From Clostridia bacterium (GTDB lineage Bacteria > Bacillota > Clostridia > UMGS1883 > UMGS1540): 64,000 bases of DNA. Location: assembly GCA_045531205.1 (NCBI GenBank), contig JAZSDN010000104.1:18100-82099 (forward strand), read 5' to 3'. A program made the position numbers and the translations under genes. The notes under the pieces were generated by a model that saw only the letters and a program-made list of their open reading frames with translations, did not search any database and had not been told where the DNA came from. Below are positions 24,015 to 34,378 of this stretch, in pieces. Position 1 is the first letter of the stretch, and each line of letters starts with the position of its first letter.

Positions 24015-25400
24015 ATGAATTATTATCTTGCAATTGACGTTGGTGCTTCAAGCGGACGTCACATTTTAGGTTCTATCCAGAACGGAAAAATAGTTTTAGA
24101 GGAAGTTTATCGTTTTGAAAACAAAAACATCAAAAGAGACGGACACCTTGTATGGGAGCTTGACAAGCTTTTTGAAAACATTAAGGCGGGTATGAAAAAG
24201 TGTGCCGAAATAGGCAAAAAACCCGTAAGTATGGGTATAGACTTTTTTGGCGTTGATTTTGTATTGCTTGATAAAGATGACAATATTTTGGGCGATACAA
24301 TTGCATACCGTGATTCAAGAACAAACGGAATGCCCGAAGAAATTGATAAAATAATTCCAAGAGAGAAGCTCTACGAAAGAACAGGTATACAAAGCCAGCT
24401 CTTCAATACAATTTATCAGCTTTACAGCGTTAAAAAGACAAGTGATTATCTTGATAAGGCAGAGCGTTGGCTTATGCTCGCAGAATATTTTAACTTCCTT
24501 TTAACAGGTGTTAAGATGAACGAGTATACAAACTGTTCAACAACAGGTCTTTTAAATGCAAAGACTCACGATTTTGACAAAGAGCTTTTAGATATGCTTG
24601 GTATTCCTTCAAAAATATTTGGTACACCCCAAAAGCCCGGTACAGTTGTTGGCAAGCTTACACCCGAAATTTCCGCAGAAACAGGTCTTGATTTAACAGT
24701 AGTATTGCCCGCAACACACGATACAGGCTCGGCTGTAATGAGCGTTCCTACAATGGACCCCTGCGTATATATAAGCTCGGGTACATGGTCACTTATGGGC
24801 GTATTGCTTAATGAAGCAATAACAACAGACGAAAGCAGAGAATCAGGCTTTACAAACGAAGGTGCGTATGACGGCGGTATAAGATACTTAAAGAACATTA
24901 TGGGACTGTGGATTATCCAGTCTATCCGCCGCGATTTAAACAAAAAATATACATTTGACGAAATGTGCGAAATGGCACAGAATTCAAACTACACAGGCGA
25001 AATTGATGTAAACGATAATTGCTTTTTAGCACCCGACAATATGGTTGATGCAATAAAGAATTATCTTGCAGAGCATAATCAGCCAGCACCCGAAAGCATT
25101 GACGATATTCTTTGCACAGCCTATAACAGCCTTGCAAAGGAATATGCTAGAACAGTAAGCGAAATTGAAAATATAACAGGCAAAACCTATGACAGAATAC
25201 ATATAGTAGGCGGCGGATGTAAAGATACTTTCTTAAGCGAGCTTACTGCAAAATATACAGGCAAGGCAGTATATGCAGGCCCTGTTGAAGCAACAGCTTT
25301 AGGTAACATTTTGTGCCAGATGTTCAGAGGCGGAGAATATGCTGATATGAAATCGGCAAAAGAAGCTATTAAAACCTCGTTTGATGTGAAAAGAATATGA
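24015..25400 (+). CDS. rhaB: Rhamnulokinase (FGGY carbohydrate kinase family)
   Basis: Blocks shared with RhaB: AYRDSRTNG, SSGTWSLMG, NEGAYDGGIRYLKNIMGLW, HIVGGGC and GPVEATALGNI. Confidence 0.7.
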   Translation: MNYYLAIDVGASSGRHILGSIQNGKIVLEEVYRFENKNIKRDGHLVWELDKLFENIKAGMKKCAEIGKKPVSMGIDFFGVDFVLLDKDDNILGDTIAYRDSRTNGMPEEIDKIIPREKLYERTGIQSQLFNTIYQLYSVKKTSDYLDKAERWLMLAEYFNFLLTGVKMNEYTNCSTTGLLNAKTHDFDKELLDMLGIPSKIFGTPQKPGTVVGKLTPEISAETGLDLTVVLPATHDTGSAVMSVPTMDPCVYISSGTWSLMGVLLNEAITTDESRESGFTNEGAYDGGIRYLKNIMGLWIIQSIRRDLNKKYTFDEMCEMAQNSNYTGEIDVNDNCFLAPDNMVDAIKNYLAEHNQPAPESIDDILCTAYNSLAKEYARTVSEIENITGKTYDRIHIVGGGCKDTFLSELTAKYTGKAVYAGPVEATALGNILCQMFRGGEYADMKSAKEAIKTSFDVKRI

Positions 25401-26527
25401 CAGAAATATATTTTGATAATAGTGCCACAACAAAGCCCTGCAAAGCAGCAAAAGATGCTGCTTTGCAGGTTATAGAAGAAAATTACGGAAACCCGTCAGC
25501 CCGTCACAAAAACGGTCTTTTGGCAAACAAGCTTTTGAAGGAATCAAGAGAAACGGTTGCAAAAGCATTGGGTGTAGCCCCCGAAACGCTGATTTTTACA
25601 CAGGGCGGTACAATGGCTGATAATTTAGCCTTTTTTGGTGCACCAAATATGCGAAACGGAAAAAGAGTAATAACAACAAGTGTTGAACATCACGCAGTTT
25701 TGCACCCCGCAGCAGAGCTTGAAAGACGTGGCTTTGAGGTTATATACCTTGACGTTAACAAAAATGGGCAGATAGATTTAAACGAATTTGAAAATGCAGT
25801 TAATGAAGACACCTCGTTTATAAGCATAATGCACGTAAACAACGAAACGGGTGCAATTTTCCCCATAAAAGAGCTTTGTAGTATAGCAAAAAGAAAAAAT
25901 CCTAAAGTGATTTTTCATACAGACGCAGTACAGTCGTTTGGTAAGTGCGAACTTTTGCCCGCAAAATGGGGCATAGATTTGGTTTCTGTAAGCGCACATA
26001 AGATACACGGCTTAAAAGGGGCAGGGGCTCTTTATGTAAGAAAAGGTGTTAACTTAAAACCGCTTATTTTTGGCGGAGGACAGGAAAGAGATATTGCCCC
26101 CGGTACAGAAAATATGCCTTCAATAGCAGCCTTTGCAGCAGCCTGCGCAGAGCTTGAAAAAAATAAAAATAACAACATTAACTCTTTATCGCAAAAGCTT
26201 AAAGAAGGTATTTTAAAAATTCCTAAAACAGAACTTAACAGTCCCGAGGACGGACTTTCAAATATTATAAACATTTCGTTTGGCAAAATTCCTGCAGAGG
26301 TTATGCAAAGTGCACTTTCGGCAGAAGGGTTATATGTTTCGTCAGGCTCTGCTTGTACCTCGTCAAAAGCAGGGAAAAGCCACGTTTTAAAAAATATGGG
26401 AGTGCGTCACCCCGAAAGTGCAATTCGTTTCAGCCTTTCGTATATGAACACAGAGGAAGAAGTTGAAAAAGCATTGCAAATAATAGAAAAAACAGCTTTA
26501 ATGCTTGGAAGGACAGTCGGACAATGA
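25397..26527 (+). CDS. iscS: Cysteine desulfurase (NifS/IscS family, class V aminotransferase fold)
   Basis: The PLP-lysine motif SAHKIHGLKG and an N-terminus typical of NifS-like enzymes. It is translationally coupled to thiI. Confidence 0.8.
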   Translation: MTEIYFDNSATTKPCKAAKDAALQVIEENYGNPSARHKNGLLANKLLKESRETVAKALGVAPETLIFTQGGTMADNLAFFGAPNMRNGKRVITTSVEHHAVLHPAAELERRGFEVIYLDVNKNGQIDLNEFENAVNEDTSFISIMHVNNETGAIFPIKELCSIAKRKNPKVIFHTDAVQSFGKCELLPAKWGIDLVSVSAHKIHGLKGAGALYVRKGVNLKPLIFGGGQERDIAPGTENMPSIAAFAAACAELEKNKNNNINSLSQKLKEGILKIPKTELNSPEDGLSNIINISFGKIPAEVMQSALSAEGLYVSSGSACTSSKAGKSHVLKNMGVRHPESAIRFSLSYMNTEEEVEKALQIIEKTALMLGRTVGQ

Positions 26528-27681
26528 AAGAAATAATTTTAATAAAATACGGCGAAATAATTTTAAAAGGGTTAAACCGACACGTGTTTGAGGACAAGCT
26601 TGTTGGGAACATTATAAAAGCTATCGACCATAAAGCACATGTTTATAAATCCTTTGCAACCATTTATGCAGAGCCGAATGAAGGCGTTGATATTGACGAG
26701 CTTACCGAAAAAATCAGCCGTGTATTCGGCATAGTTTCGGTTTGCCGTGCAGGGGTATGCGAAAAGGATATTGACGATATCTGCGCCTTTGCACCCGAGT
26801 ATTTAAAGGACACACTTTCTTTAAAGAAAACCTTTAAGGTTGAAACTAAAAGAGCCGACAAAAAGTACCCGATAAAATCGCCCCAAATCAGTGCAACAGT
26901 AGGCGGAGCTATACTTAAAGCTTTCCCTGATATAAAGGTTGACGTTCAAAACCCCGAGTTTATAGTAAATGTTGAGGTACGTGAAAAAGGTGCCTATATT
27001 TACGGCGAAAAGATTGCAGGTCAGGGCGGACTTCCTACAGGCACAAGCGGTAAGGCAGTTTTACTTTTATCTGGAGGAATTGACAGCCCTGTTGCAGGCT
27101 ATATGATAGGAAAAAGAGGTGTAACATTAGAAGCTGTACACTTTTTCTCATATCCCTTTACAAGCGAGCTTGCAAAGCAGAAGGTAATAGATTTAGCAAA
27201 GCTTTTGGCAGGATTTACGGGAAGCTTAAAGCTCCACATTGTTCCCTTTACAGAACCGCAATTACAAATGAAAGAAAAATGTCCCGAAGAGCATTTGACT
27301 TTAATAATGCGCCGTATGATGATGAAAATTGCAAGTAAAATCGGTCAAAAAAGCGGTGCAGGTGCTCTTATCACGGGCGAAAGCTTAGGTCAGGTAGCAA
27401 GCCAGACTATGGAAGCAATTATGGTAACAGAGGATGCTTGCTCACTTCCCTGCTACAGACCCTTAATAGGTATGGACAAGGAAGATATAATTGCAATTTC
27501 AAAGAAAATTGACAGTTACGAAACTTCAATTTTGCCCTATGAAGATTGTTGCACAGTATTTACTCCAAGACACCCCTCAACAAGACCAAAGCTTGAAAAA
27601 ATACTTGCTTCCGAAGCACTTATCGACAGCGAAAAGCTTATAGAGGATGCAGTAGAAAATACAGAAACAATAATTCTTTAA
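26524..27681 (+). CDS. thiI: tRNA 4-thiouridine(8) synthase ThiI
   Basis: A THUMP-like N-terminus and the PP-loop SGGIDSPVA. Size 385 aa. Confidence 0.85.
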   Translation: MKEIILIKYGEIILKGLNRHVFEDKLVGNIIKAIDHKAHVYKSFATIYAEPNEGVDIDELTEKISRVFGIVSVCRAGVCEKDIDDICAFAPEYLKDTLSLKKTFKVETKRADKKYPIKSPQISATVGGAILKAFPDIKVDVQNPEFIVNVEVREKGAYIYGEKIAGQGGLPTGTSGKAVLLLSGGIDSPVAGYMIGKRGVTLEAVHFFSYPFTSELAKQKVIDLAKLLAGFTGSLKLHIVPFTEPQLQMKEKCPEEHLTLIMRRMMMKIASKIGQKSGAGALITGESLGQVASQTMEAIMVTEDACSLPCYRPLIGMDKEDIIAISKKIDSYETSILPYEDCCTVFTPRHPSTRPKLEKILASEALIDSEKLIEDAVENTETIIL

Positions 27682-27693
27682 AAGGAAAATAAA

Positions 27694-28902
27694 ATGAAAA
27701 AAATATTATTGATTGTTTTATCACTAATAATATTTTCATCAATGTCGTGTGCGGCGCAAGATGCATCCGAAATTTATATAGAGGTTTTACCGCCCAAAAG
27801 AGAGGCTTCCCCTGCCGATATTTCACAAATTTCCATTTTGCAGGAAGAGTATGCAATATATTCTGCAGAGTGGAAAATGGCAAGGGGGCAAACTTTAGTT
27901 GATATGAAAAGCCAAAAATTTGAGGATGGGGAACAGTATTTTTTGGTTTTGGATGTTTATGTAAAAAATGCAGGAAAGTTTCCCCAAAATCTTAATGTTT
28001 TGGTAAACGGAGAAGAAGCATCAGGCTATGGAATGGAGAACCTTATAATTCCCGCACCGGGAGGACATAAGATAATAACAATAGGCTTCCCTGCAATAAA
28101 AAAATACATTACTCTTTTTAATATAAATGTAAACACCCCGAATATTGAAACTTTTCCGCAAAAGCCAGAGGTGGCAACAGGAACTCACGGTATTATAAAA
28201 AAATACAAGTGGATTTGTAACGATAAGGAAATGTATGCCTTTCAAAGCTTTGCAAAAGGAAATTCATATAAGCTTGAAATGGTGCTTGAGCCTTATAAAA
28301 CTCACGAGTTTAACGAGGAAAGAATAGAGGTTAATTTAAACGGGGAAAAATGTGAGAAAAGCTTTAATACTGACGGAACAATATATATTTTATACGATTT
28401 TGGTAAAATATCAGAAGATGACTATAACGGAGAACATTTAAAGTTTTCAAAGGATGATAGTAAAAATTTTAATTTGCCAAAGCTTTATTTTGAGGACGGA
28501 ATTGACTGGCATCAGATTTATATGGATTCAGGCCACGAAATGGAAGTAACTTATAAATACGACTGGTTTTTAAAAAACTTGAAAACAGGCGAAGAAATAG
28601 CCTGTGTGTCAAATACCAAAAACGAGTCTGTACAAATTAAATTCGTTGATGAGGGAGAATACATTCTCTACTGCAAAGGGGTATATTTTTATTTGTATAA
28701 CGATATATCAACTGAATTTACAAATCAGAGATTAACTCTTTCAAAATTCTCAAAGCCTTACAGAATAACAGTATCGGGCAACAAAGACGATAAACTTTTC
28801 GAAATTATGCAAATAGTAAATAAAAATGTTCCATTCTCATTCGCAAAAAAGACAAAATATTTTGGTAAAGCTTTTTCAACTTTTATAAAGGGAAAAATAT
28901 GA
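27694..28902 (+). CDS. Hypothetical secreted or lipoprotein (402 aa)
   Basis: A signal peptide with a possible lipobox (FSSMSC). I recognise no family. Confidence 0.5.
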   Translation: MKKILLIVLSLIIFSSMSCAAQDASEIYIEVLPPKREASPADISQISILQEEYAIYSAEWKMARGQTLVDMKSQKFEDGEQYFLVLDVYVKNAGKFPQNLNVLVNGEEASGYGMENLIIPAPGGHKIITIGFPAIKKYITLFNINVNTPNIETFPQKPEVATGTHGIIKKYKWICNDKEMYAFQSFAKGNSYKLEMVLEPYKTHEFNEERIEVNLNGEKCEKSFNTDGTIYILYDFGKISEDDYNGEHLKFSKDDSKNFNLPKLYFEDGIDWHQIYMDSGHEMEVTYKYDWFLKNLKTGEEIACVSNTKNESVQIKFVDEGEYILYCKGVYFYLYNDISTEFTNQRLTLSKFSKPYRITVSGNKDDKLFEIMQIVNKNVPFSFAKKTKYFGKAFSTFIKGKI

Positions 28903-29360
28903 ATAAAAAAGAGAAAATAATATTAAAGCTTATAGAAAATAAAATAACAGTTTCCTGTGCAGAATCCTGCACGGGAGGAATGCTCGCTTCTGCATTTACA
29001 GATGTGTCAGGCGTGTCCGAAATTTTTTCGGAAGGTATTGTAACTTATGCAAACGAAGCAAAAGAAAGACTTGGTGTACCGGGGGCAGTAATAGCTTCCC
29101 ACGGGGCAGTAAGTGCCGAAACGGCATGCCGTATGGCAAAAAGCATAAGAATGCGTGCAGGCACCTGTATTGGTATTTCAACAACAGGAATTGCAGGTCC
29201 CACAGGCGGTACCGATAAAAAACCCGTAGGGCTTGTGTATATAGGCATTTCAACTAAAAATGTAACAATGGCTATAAAAAATAATTTTACAGGTTCAAGA
29301 GATGAAGTAAGAAAAAAGACGGTAGAAAAAATTTTTGATGTATTGGAGAGATTAATATGA
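28899..29360 (+). CDS. CinA C-terminal domain protein (PncC-like nicotinamide-nucleotide amidohydrolase)
   Basis: 153 aa with the CinA_C signature region (SCAESCTGGMLA...GPTGGTDKKPVGLVY). Confidence 0.75.
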   Translation: MNKKEKIILKLIENKITVSCAESCTGGMLASAFTDVSGVSEIFSEGIVTYANEAKERLGVPGAVIASHGAVSAETACRMAKSIRMRAGTCIGISTTGIAGPTGGTDKKPVGLVYIGISTKNVTMAIKNNFTGSRDEVRKKTVEKIFDVLERLI

Positions 29361-30139
29361 AGCTTTGGGAAAATAACACACCTTATTTTGACAGCAGCAT
29401 AGGTCAGGCAGAACCCGAAATTATTCCTTATCTTGCAGACGGGGAAAATACTCCTGCAATAGTTGTATGCGCCGGCGGTGGCTATACACACAGAGCACCG
29501 CACGAAGCCGAACCTGTTGCTGAGTGGATTCAGAGTATGGGTATTTCAGCATTTATTGTAACATACAGATTAACTCCCTACACATACCCTGCAATTTTGG
29601 CAGACGTACAACGAGCAATAAGACTTGTAAGATATAAAGCTAAAGAATTTAATGTAGACCCAAACAAGGTAGGCGTTCTTGGTTTCTCTGCAGGGGGACA
29701 CCTTGCTATGACCTCGGCACTTCACTACGATTTAGCAGAAGACTCGGGTGACGAAGTTGATAAAATGAGTCCAAAGCCCGATGCAGCAATTCTTTGCTAT
29801 CCTGTAGTTACCATGTGTGAAGATTATCTGCACTGGGGAAGTATGAATTACTTTTTAGGCGGAAAAACAGAGGATATGGAACTTCGCAAAAAGTTTTCGG
29901 GCGAAAGAAATGTAACTCCCGATACACCGCCTATGTTTATATGGCATAACTCTGACGATAAGGGTGTGCCCGTACAAAACAGCTTAAGACTTGCAGAAGC
30001 TTTGGCAAAAAATAACGTTCTTTATGAAATGCATATTTACCCCCAAGGAGGGCACGGCCCGGGTCTTGCAAAAGATAAAGGACGTTGTGCAGAATGGACA
30101 TTATCGTGCGGTAACTGGCTCGCAGACCTTTGGAAATAA
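29357..30139 (+). CDS. Alpha/beta-hydrolase fold esterase
   Basis: A GxSxG nucleophile elbow (GFSAGGHLA), an HGGG-like oxyanion region and a C-terminal His. Confidence 0.7.
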   Translation: MKLWENNTPYFDSSIGQAEPEIIPYLADGENTPAIVVCAGGGYTHRAPHEAEPVAEWIQSMGISAFIVTYRLTPYTYPAILADVQRAIRLVRYKAKEFNVDPNKVGVLGFSAGGHLAMTSALHYDLAEDSGDEVDKMSPKPDAAILCYPVVTMCEDYLHWGSMNYFLGGKTEDMELRKKFSGERNVTPDTPPMFIWHNSDDKGVPVQNSLRLAEALAKNNVLYEMHIYPQGGHGPGLAKDKGRCAEWTLSCGNWLADLWK

Positions 30140-30166
30140 CAAAATTAAGATAAGGATGGCAATATA

Positions 30167-32335
30167 ATGAACCAACCTATAGAACAAAGAATAACCGAAA
30201 CACTTGAAAAAAACTATATGCCCTACGCTATGAGCGTAATTATATCAAGAGCAATACCTGATATTGACGGGTTTAAACCCTCACACCGTAAGCTTTTGTT
30301 TACTATGTATAAAATGGGGCTTTTAAATGGTAATCGTACAAAGTCTGCAAACGTAGTAGGTCAGACAATGAAATTAAACCCTCACGGTGATATGGCAATT
30401 TACGAAACCATGGTACGTCTTACCCATGCGCATCAGGCACTTTTGCATCCTTTAGTGGATTCAAAGGGTAACTTTGGTAAGCAGTACAGCCGTGATATGG
30501 CGTTTGCCGCACCCCGTTATACAGAAGTAAAGCTTGATAATATTTGCGGCGAAATTTTTAAGGATATCGACAAGGATACAGTAGATTTTGTTGATAACTA
30601 TGACGGAACCTTAAAAGAACCTGTGCTTTTACCCGCTGCCTTTCCGAACATTTTAGTAAATCCAAATCAGGGTATAGCCGTAGGTATGGCAAGTAATATA
30701 TGCAGCTTTAATCTTGGAGAACTTTGCGAAACTACCATTCGCTACATAAAGGATAAGAACATAGACCTTCTTGAAACTCTGCCCGCACCCGACTTCCCCA
30801 CAGGTGCGTATATAATAGGCAACAAGACGGCTTTGCGTGAGATATACGAAACAGGCAGAGGCTCTTTCCGTATGAGGTCAAAATACCGCTACGATAAAAA
30901 GAACAACTGCATAGAAGTTACCGAAATTCCATATACTTCCACAACCGAAGCTATAATGGATAAAATAATCGAGCTTATAAAAGAAAATAAAATAAGAGAG
31001 ATTACAGACATCCGTGACGAAACCGATTTAAGCGGTCTTAAGCTTACAATAGATATAAAAAGAGGCACAGACCCCGATAAGCTTATGACAAAGCTTTATA
31101 AAATGACCGAGCTTGAAGCATCATTTGGTTGTAACTTTAATATACTTATTGACGGAAAGCCAATGGTTTTAGGCGTTAAGGGAATACTTGACGAATGGCT
31201 TCGTTTCAGAAAGCAGTGCGTTGAAAGAAGACTTAGATTTGAAATCGGCAAAAAGTCTGAAAAACTGCACCTTTTACTTGGTCTTCGTACAATTTTACTT
31301 GATATTGACAAAGCAATTTCAATTATCCGTAACACCGAAGAAGATGCAGACGTTGTACCAAACTTGATGTCGGGCTTTGGAATTGACAAGGTACAGGCAG
31401 AATTTGTTGCAGAAATAAAACTTCGTAACTTAAATAAGCAGTACATTTTAAAAAGAACTGCCGAAACAGACGACCTTGCCGAAGAAATCAAAAAGCTTGA
31501 AGCAATTTTAGGAAGCGATAACGAAATTAAAAAGTGTATAATTGCAGAGCTGAAAGAAATAAAACAAAAATATGCAAAAGAAAGATGCTCGGAAATTTTA
31601 GAAGAAGAAAATGTTCAGGTGTACAGCGAATCGGCAGAGGTGGAAGATTATAACCTTAAAATTTTCTTCACAAGAGATAATTATTTAAAGAAAATTTCGC
31701 TTGTATCGCTTAGAAGTGCATCGGAACAAAAGCTCAAAGACGATGACGTTATATTAGGTGAGTTTGAAAGTACAAACCGTTCAGACCTTCTTTTATTCAG
31801 CAACAAGCAAAATGTTTATAAGGTTAAGATAAGCGAGATAAACGACTGTAAGGCAAGTGCACTTGGGGAATATCTTCCTAACCTTTTACAGCTTGACAGT
31901 GAAGAAAAAATTGTTTATGCATTACCAACACTTGATTATAAAGGTTTTGTGATGTTTGCATTTGAAAACGGAAAAGTGGCAAAAATAGACCTGCAAAGCT
32001 ATGCTACAAAGCTTAACCGTAAAAAGCTTATAAATGCATATAGTGCAGTATCTCCGCTTGTATCAGTGCTGTTTGCACCCGAAGATATTGACGTAGCACT
32101 TGTAAGCACAGCTGATAAAATAATGGTAATAAACAGCAAAGAAATTACATTAAAAACAACTAAAAATTCACAGGGTATACAGGTAATGAAGCTTAAAAAA
32201 GGCAGTACTCTTAAAAAGCTTTGTCCTGCAGGCGAAGCGGGAGTTGTAGACTTTGAAGAATACAGAGCAAGAAGTATACCTTCGGGCGGATATTATTTAA
32301 AGGGTGACGACAGTCCCCAGATGCAGCTTTTTTAA
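30167..32335 (+). CDS. Type IIA topoisomerase subunit A-like protein (ParC/GyrA family) with no adjacent B subunit
   Basis: The catalytic tyrosine motif AAPRYTE and an N-terminus (YAMSVIISRAIPDIDGFKPSHRKLLF) typical of the GyrA/ParC breakage-reunion domain. At 722 aa its C-terminal domain is shorter than in GyrA. Confidence 0.8.
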   Translation: MNQPIEQRITETLEKNYMPYAMSVIISRAIPDIDGFKPSHRKLLFTMYKMGLLNGNRTKSANVVGQTMKLNPHGDMAIYETMVRLTHAHQALLHPLVDSKGNFGKQYSRDMAFAAPRYTEVKLDNICGEIFKDIDKDTVDFVDNYDGTLKEPVLLPAAFPNILVNPNQGIAVGMASNICSFNLGELCETTIRYIKDKNIDLLETLPAPDFPTGAYIIGNKTALREIYETGRGSFRMRSKYRYDKKNNCIEVTEIPYTSTTEAIMDKIIELIKENKIREITDIRDETDLSGLKLTIDIKRGTDPDKLMTKLYKMTELEASFGCNFNILIDGKPMVLGVKGILDEWLRFRKQCVERRLRFEIGKKSEKLHLLLGLRTILLDIDKAISIIRNTEEDADVVPNLMSGFGIDKVQAEFVAEIKLRNLNKQYILKRTAETDDLAEEIKKLEAILGSDNEIKKCIIAELKEIKQKYAKERCSEILEEENVQVYSESAEVEDYNLKIFFTRDNYLKKISLVSLRSASEQKLKDDDVILGEFESTNRSDLLLFSNKQNVYKVKISEINDCKASALGEYLPNLLQLDSEEKIVYALPTLDYKGFVMFAFENGKVAKIDLQSYATKLNRKKLINAYSAVSPLVSVLFAPEDIDVALVSTADKIMVINSKEITLKTTKNSQGIQVMKLKKGSTLKKLCPAGEAGVVDFEEYRARSIPSGGYYLKGDDSPQMQLF

Positions 32336-32353
32336 AAAATAAAGGGGGGATAA

Positions 32354-32785
32354 ATGGTGAATGAACAAATGATTTTCTGGCTTATTCTTGCGGTAGTTTT
32401 ATTTGTAGTAGAGGCAAGCACGGCAAATCTTGTGTCGGTATGGTTTGGGATAGGAGCACTTTTTGCAATAATTCCCGCATCCTTAAATTGGGGGATAGCA
32501 ATACAGGCAGTAGTTTTTCTTGTTGTTTCACTTGTGGCACTTGCACTGATTTTCCCTGTAATGAACAAGAAAAAACAAAAACAAGCCACAAATGCTGATA
32601 GAATTATAGGACAAGAGGGTATAATAACAGAAGAAGTAAATGCAATTTTGGGAAAAGGTCAGGTAAAGGTTATGGGAAGCATCTGGTCTGCAAAAAGTCT
32701 TGATGCTTCTGTAATAGCAGAAGGAACAAAGGTTAAAATAGCAGGGATAGAAGGCGTTAAAGCCGTAGTATCGAAGGAGGAGTAA
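32354..32785 (+). CDS. NfeD-family membrane protein (short form)
   Basis: Two N-terminal transmembrane helices and a C-terminal OB-fold region. It lies directly upstream of an SPFH protein, which is the conserved pairing. Confidence 0.75.
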   Translation: MVNEQMIFWLILAVVLFVVEASTANLVSVWFGIGALFAIIPASLNWGIAIQAVVFLVVSLVALALIFPVMNKKKQKQATNADRIIGQEGIITEEVNAILGKGQVKVMGSIWSAKSLDASVIAEGTKVKIAGIEGVKAVVSKEE

Positions 32786-32786
32786 A

Positions 32787-33674
32787 ATGATAATTTTGTA
32801 TTTAATTTTGTTTTTTGCGGTTATTTTGTTTATAAGCTGTATAAAAATTGTACCGCAGGCGTATGCATTTGTACTTGAATGGCTTGGTGCATACAAAACA
32901 ACCTGGAATGTAGGCTTGCATTTTCAGATTCCGTTTTTTGAAAAAATTGCACGAAGAGTACCATTAAAGGAGCAGGTTGTAGACTTTGCACCTCAGGCGG
33001 TTATAACAAAGGATAATGTAACAATGCAAATTGATACGGTTGTATTTTTCCAGATAACCGACCCAAAACTCTATACTTATGGTGTTGAACGCCCCATGAT
33101 GGCAATAGAAAATCTTACCGCAACCACATTGCGTAATATCATAGGCGATATGGAGCTTGACGAAACATTGACCTCACGTGACACAGTAAACACAAGAATG
33201 CGTGCCATCCTTGATGAAGCAACAGACCCCTGGGGAATAAAAATAAACCGTGTAGAGCTTAAAAATATTATTCCGCCTAAAGACATTCAGGATGCCATGG
33301 AAAAACAGATGAGAGCCGAGCGTGAACGAAGAGAAGCAATCCTTCGTGCCGAAGGCGAAAAGAAGGCAGCAATACTTGTTGCAGAAGGCGAAAGAGAATC
33401 TGCAATTTTACGTGCCGATGCCGAAAGAGAATCATCAATAAAACGTGCAGAAGGTGAAGCAGAAGCAATTATAAAGGTAAGAACAGCAGAAGCAGAAGGT
33501 ATAAGACTTATAAATGAAGCAAAGCCTACAAAAGAAGCTATAACATTAAAGAGCTTTGAAGCACTCGAAAGGGTTGCTGACGGCAAAGCTACAAAGATAA
33601 TAGTTCCTTCAGAACTCCAGAATATAGCAGGTCTTGCCGTAACAGCAAAAGAATTGCTTGACAAAACAGAATAA
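32787..33674 (+). CDS. SPFH/Band 7 (stomatin/prohibitin-like) membrane protein
   Basis: An N-terminal transmembrane helix, an SPFH core and a C-terminal Ala/Glu-rich coiled coil (EREAILRAEGEKKAAILVAEGERESAILRA). Confidence 0.85.
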   Translation: MIILYLILFFAVILFISCIKIVPQAYAFVLEWLGAYKTTWNVGLHFQIPFFEKIARRVPLKEQVVDFAPQAVITKDNVTMQIDTVVFFQITDPKLYTYGVERPMMAIENLTATTLRNIIGDMELDETLTSRDTVNTRMRAILDEATDPWGIKINRVELKNIIPPKDIQDAMEKQMRAERERREAILRAEGEKKAAILVAEGERESAILRADAERESSIKRAEGEAEAIIKVRTAEAEGIRLINEAKPTKEAITLKSFEALERVADGKATKIIVPSELQNIAGLAVTAKELLDKTE

Positions 33675-33728
33675 GCGTGCTAAAATGAATATCCTGCACC
33701 AAAAGTTTCGGCTTTTGGTGCAATATAT

Positions 33729-34078
33729 GGGGATGTAACGGTTTCGACGGTGGGTTTGAACCACGGGAAGCGGGCAGGGGCGAGAGACCTCTTTAAAAAC
33801 TCTTAAAATTAAATTTAAACGCTAACGACAATTTAGCATTTGCAGCCTAATTAAAGGCTGCCGTCCTACCGCATAGTACTGCGGATGCGGATAGGGTGTC
33901 ACATTAGCAGTGAACGTGACCAAAGTAAGCTTTGCCTTTGGCATGAATAATGAAGCTACCAAAAATCAAAGTTTGTTTATGGGCTTTGGTTTGAGGGAAA
34001 TTTAACCATAAACTGCGCCCGGAGATGCCTGTGCGGATAGTTTGCCGGACAGGAGTTCAACTCTCCTCATCTCCACCA
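33729..34078 (+). ncRNA. ssrA: tmRNA (ssrA) with predicted tag ANDNLAFAA
   Basis: The 5' end GGGGATGTAACGGTTTCGACGG is tRNA-like. The 3' end GGAGTTCAACTCTCCTCATCTCCACCA is a T-arm plus CCA. There is an internal tag ORF gct aac gac aat tta gca ttt gca gcc taa, and a terminator follows immediately. Confidence 0.9.
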
Positions 34079-34083
34079 GAAAA

Positions 34084-34113
34084 AAGCACTTGCAAAATTG
34101 CAAGTGCTTTTTT
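34084..34113 (+). terminator. Rho-independent terminator after ssrA (aagcacttgc-aaaatt-gcaagtgctt + T6); the flanking A-run makes it bidirectional-capable
   Basis: A perfect 10-bp stem followed by a T-run, read directly from the sequence. Confidence 0.8.
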
Positions 34114-34378
34114 CAGCGATATAAATTCCTGACGGAATTTGTGATATGTCTTCGGCGCGATATATCTTCGATGCGATATGTTGCCTTTGGCAACGAGAAA
34201 AAGGAATTTATATCATATCGCAACCGAATGAAATGAGGTTATATCGAATTTGCGAAGCAAATATATCGCACGAGCGTGAGCAAGTATATCGCTAATAAAA
34301 CCAAAATATCTCTATGGTTCTGTCTTGACAGAAAAAAGCATCGACTTTGTCGGTGCTTTTTTCAACGAAATAAATCCT
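34104..34378. repeat. ~25-bp imperfect direct repeats (GTGCTTTTTTCARCGAWATAAAT) at 34104-34129 and 34353-34378. They bracket a ~220-bp segment carrying at least 7 copies of ATATCGC/GCGATAT in both orientations
   Basis: Both repeat copies and the ATATCGC motif array were read directly from the sequence. Each direct repeat overlaps the 3' half of a terminator hairpin. Confidence 0.6.

Noticed and set aside
34042-34236. 64-aa ORF overlapping the 3' end of tmRNA and its terminator
   Set aside because: It overlaps a structural RNA and terminator, has no RBS, and has a repeat-driven composition.
34155-34300. Repeated ATATCGC heptamers considered as a possible CRISPR-like array
   Set aside because: The motif is only 7 bp, occurs in both orientations with irregular 5-25 bp spacing, and has no cas genes nearby. 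It is not a CRISPR array and is kept only as a repeat or binding-site array.
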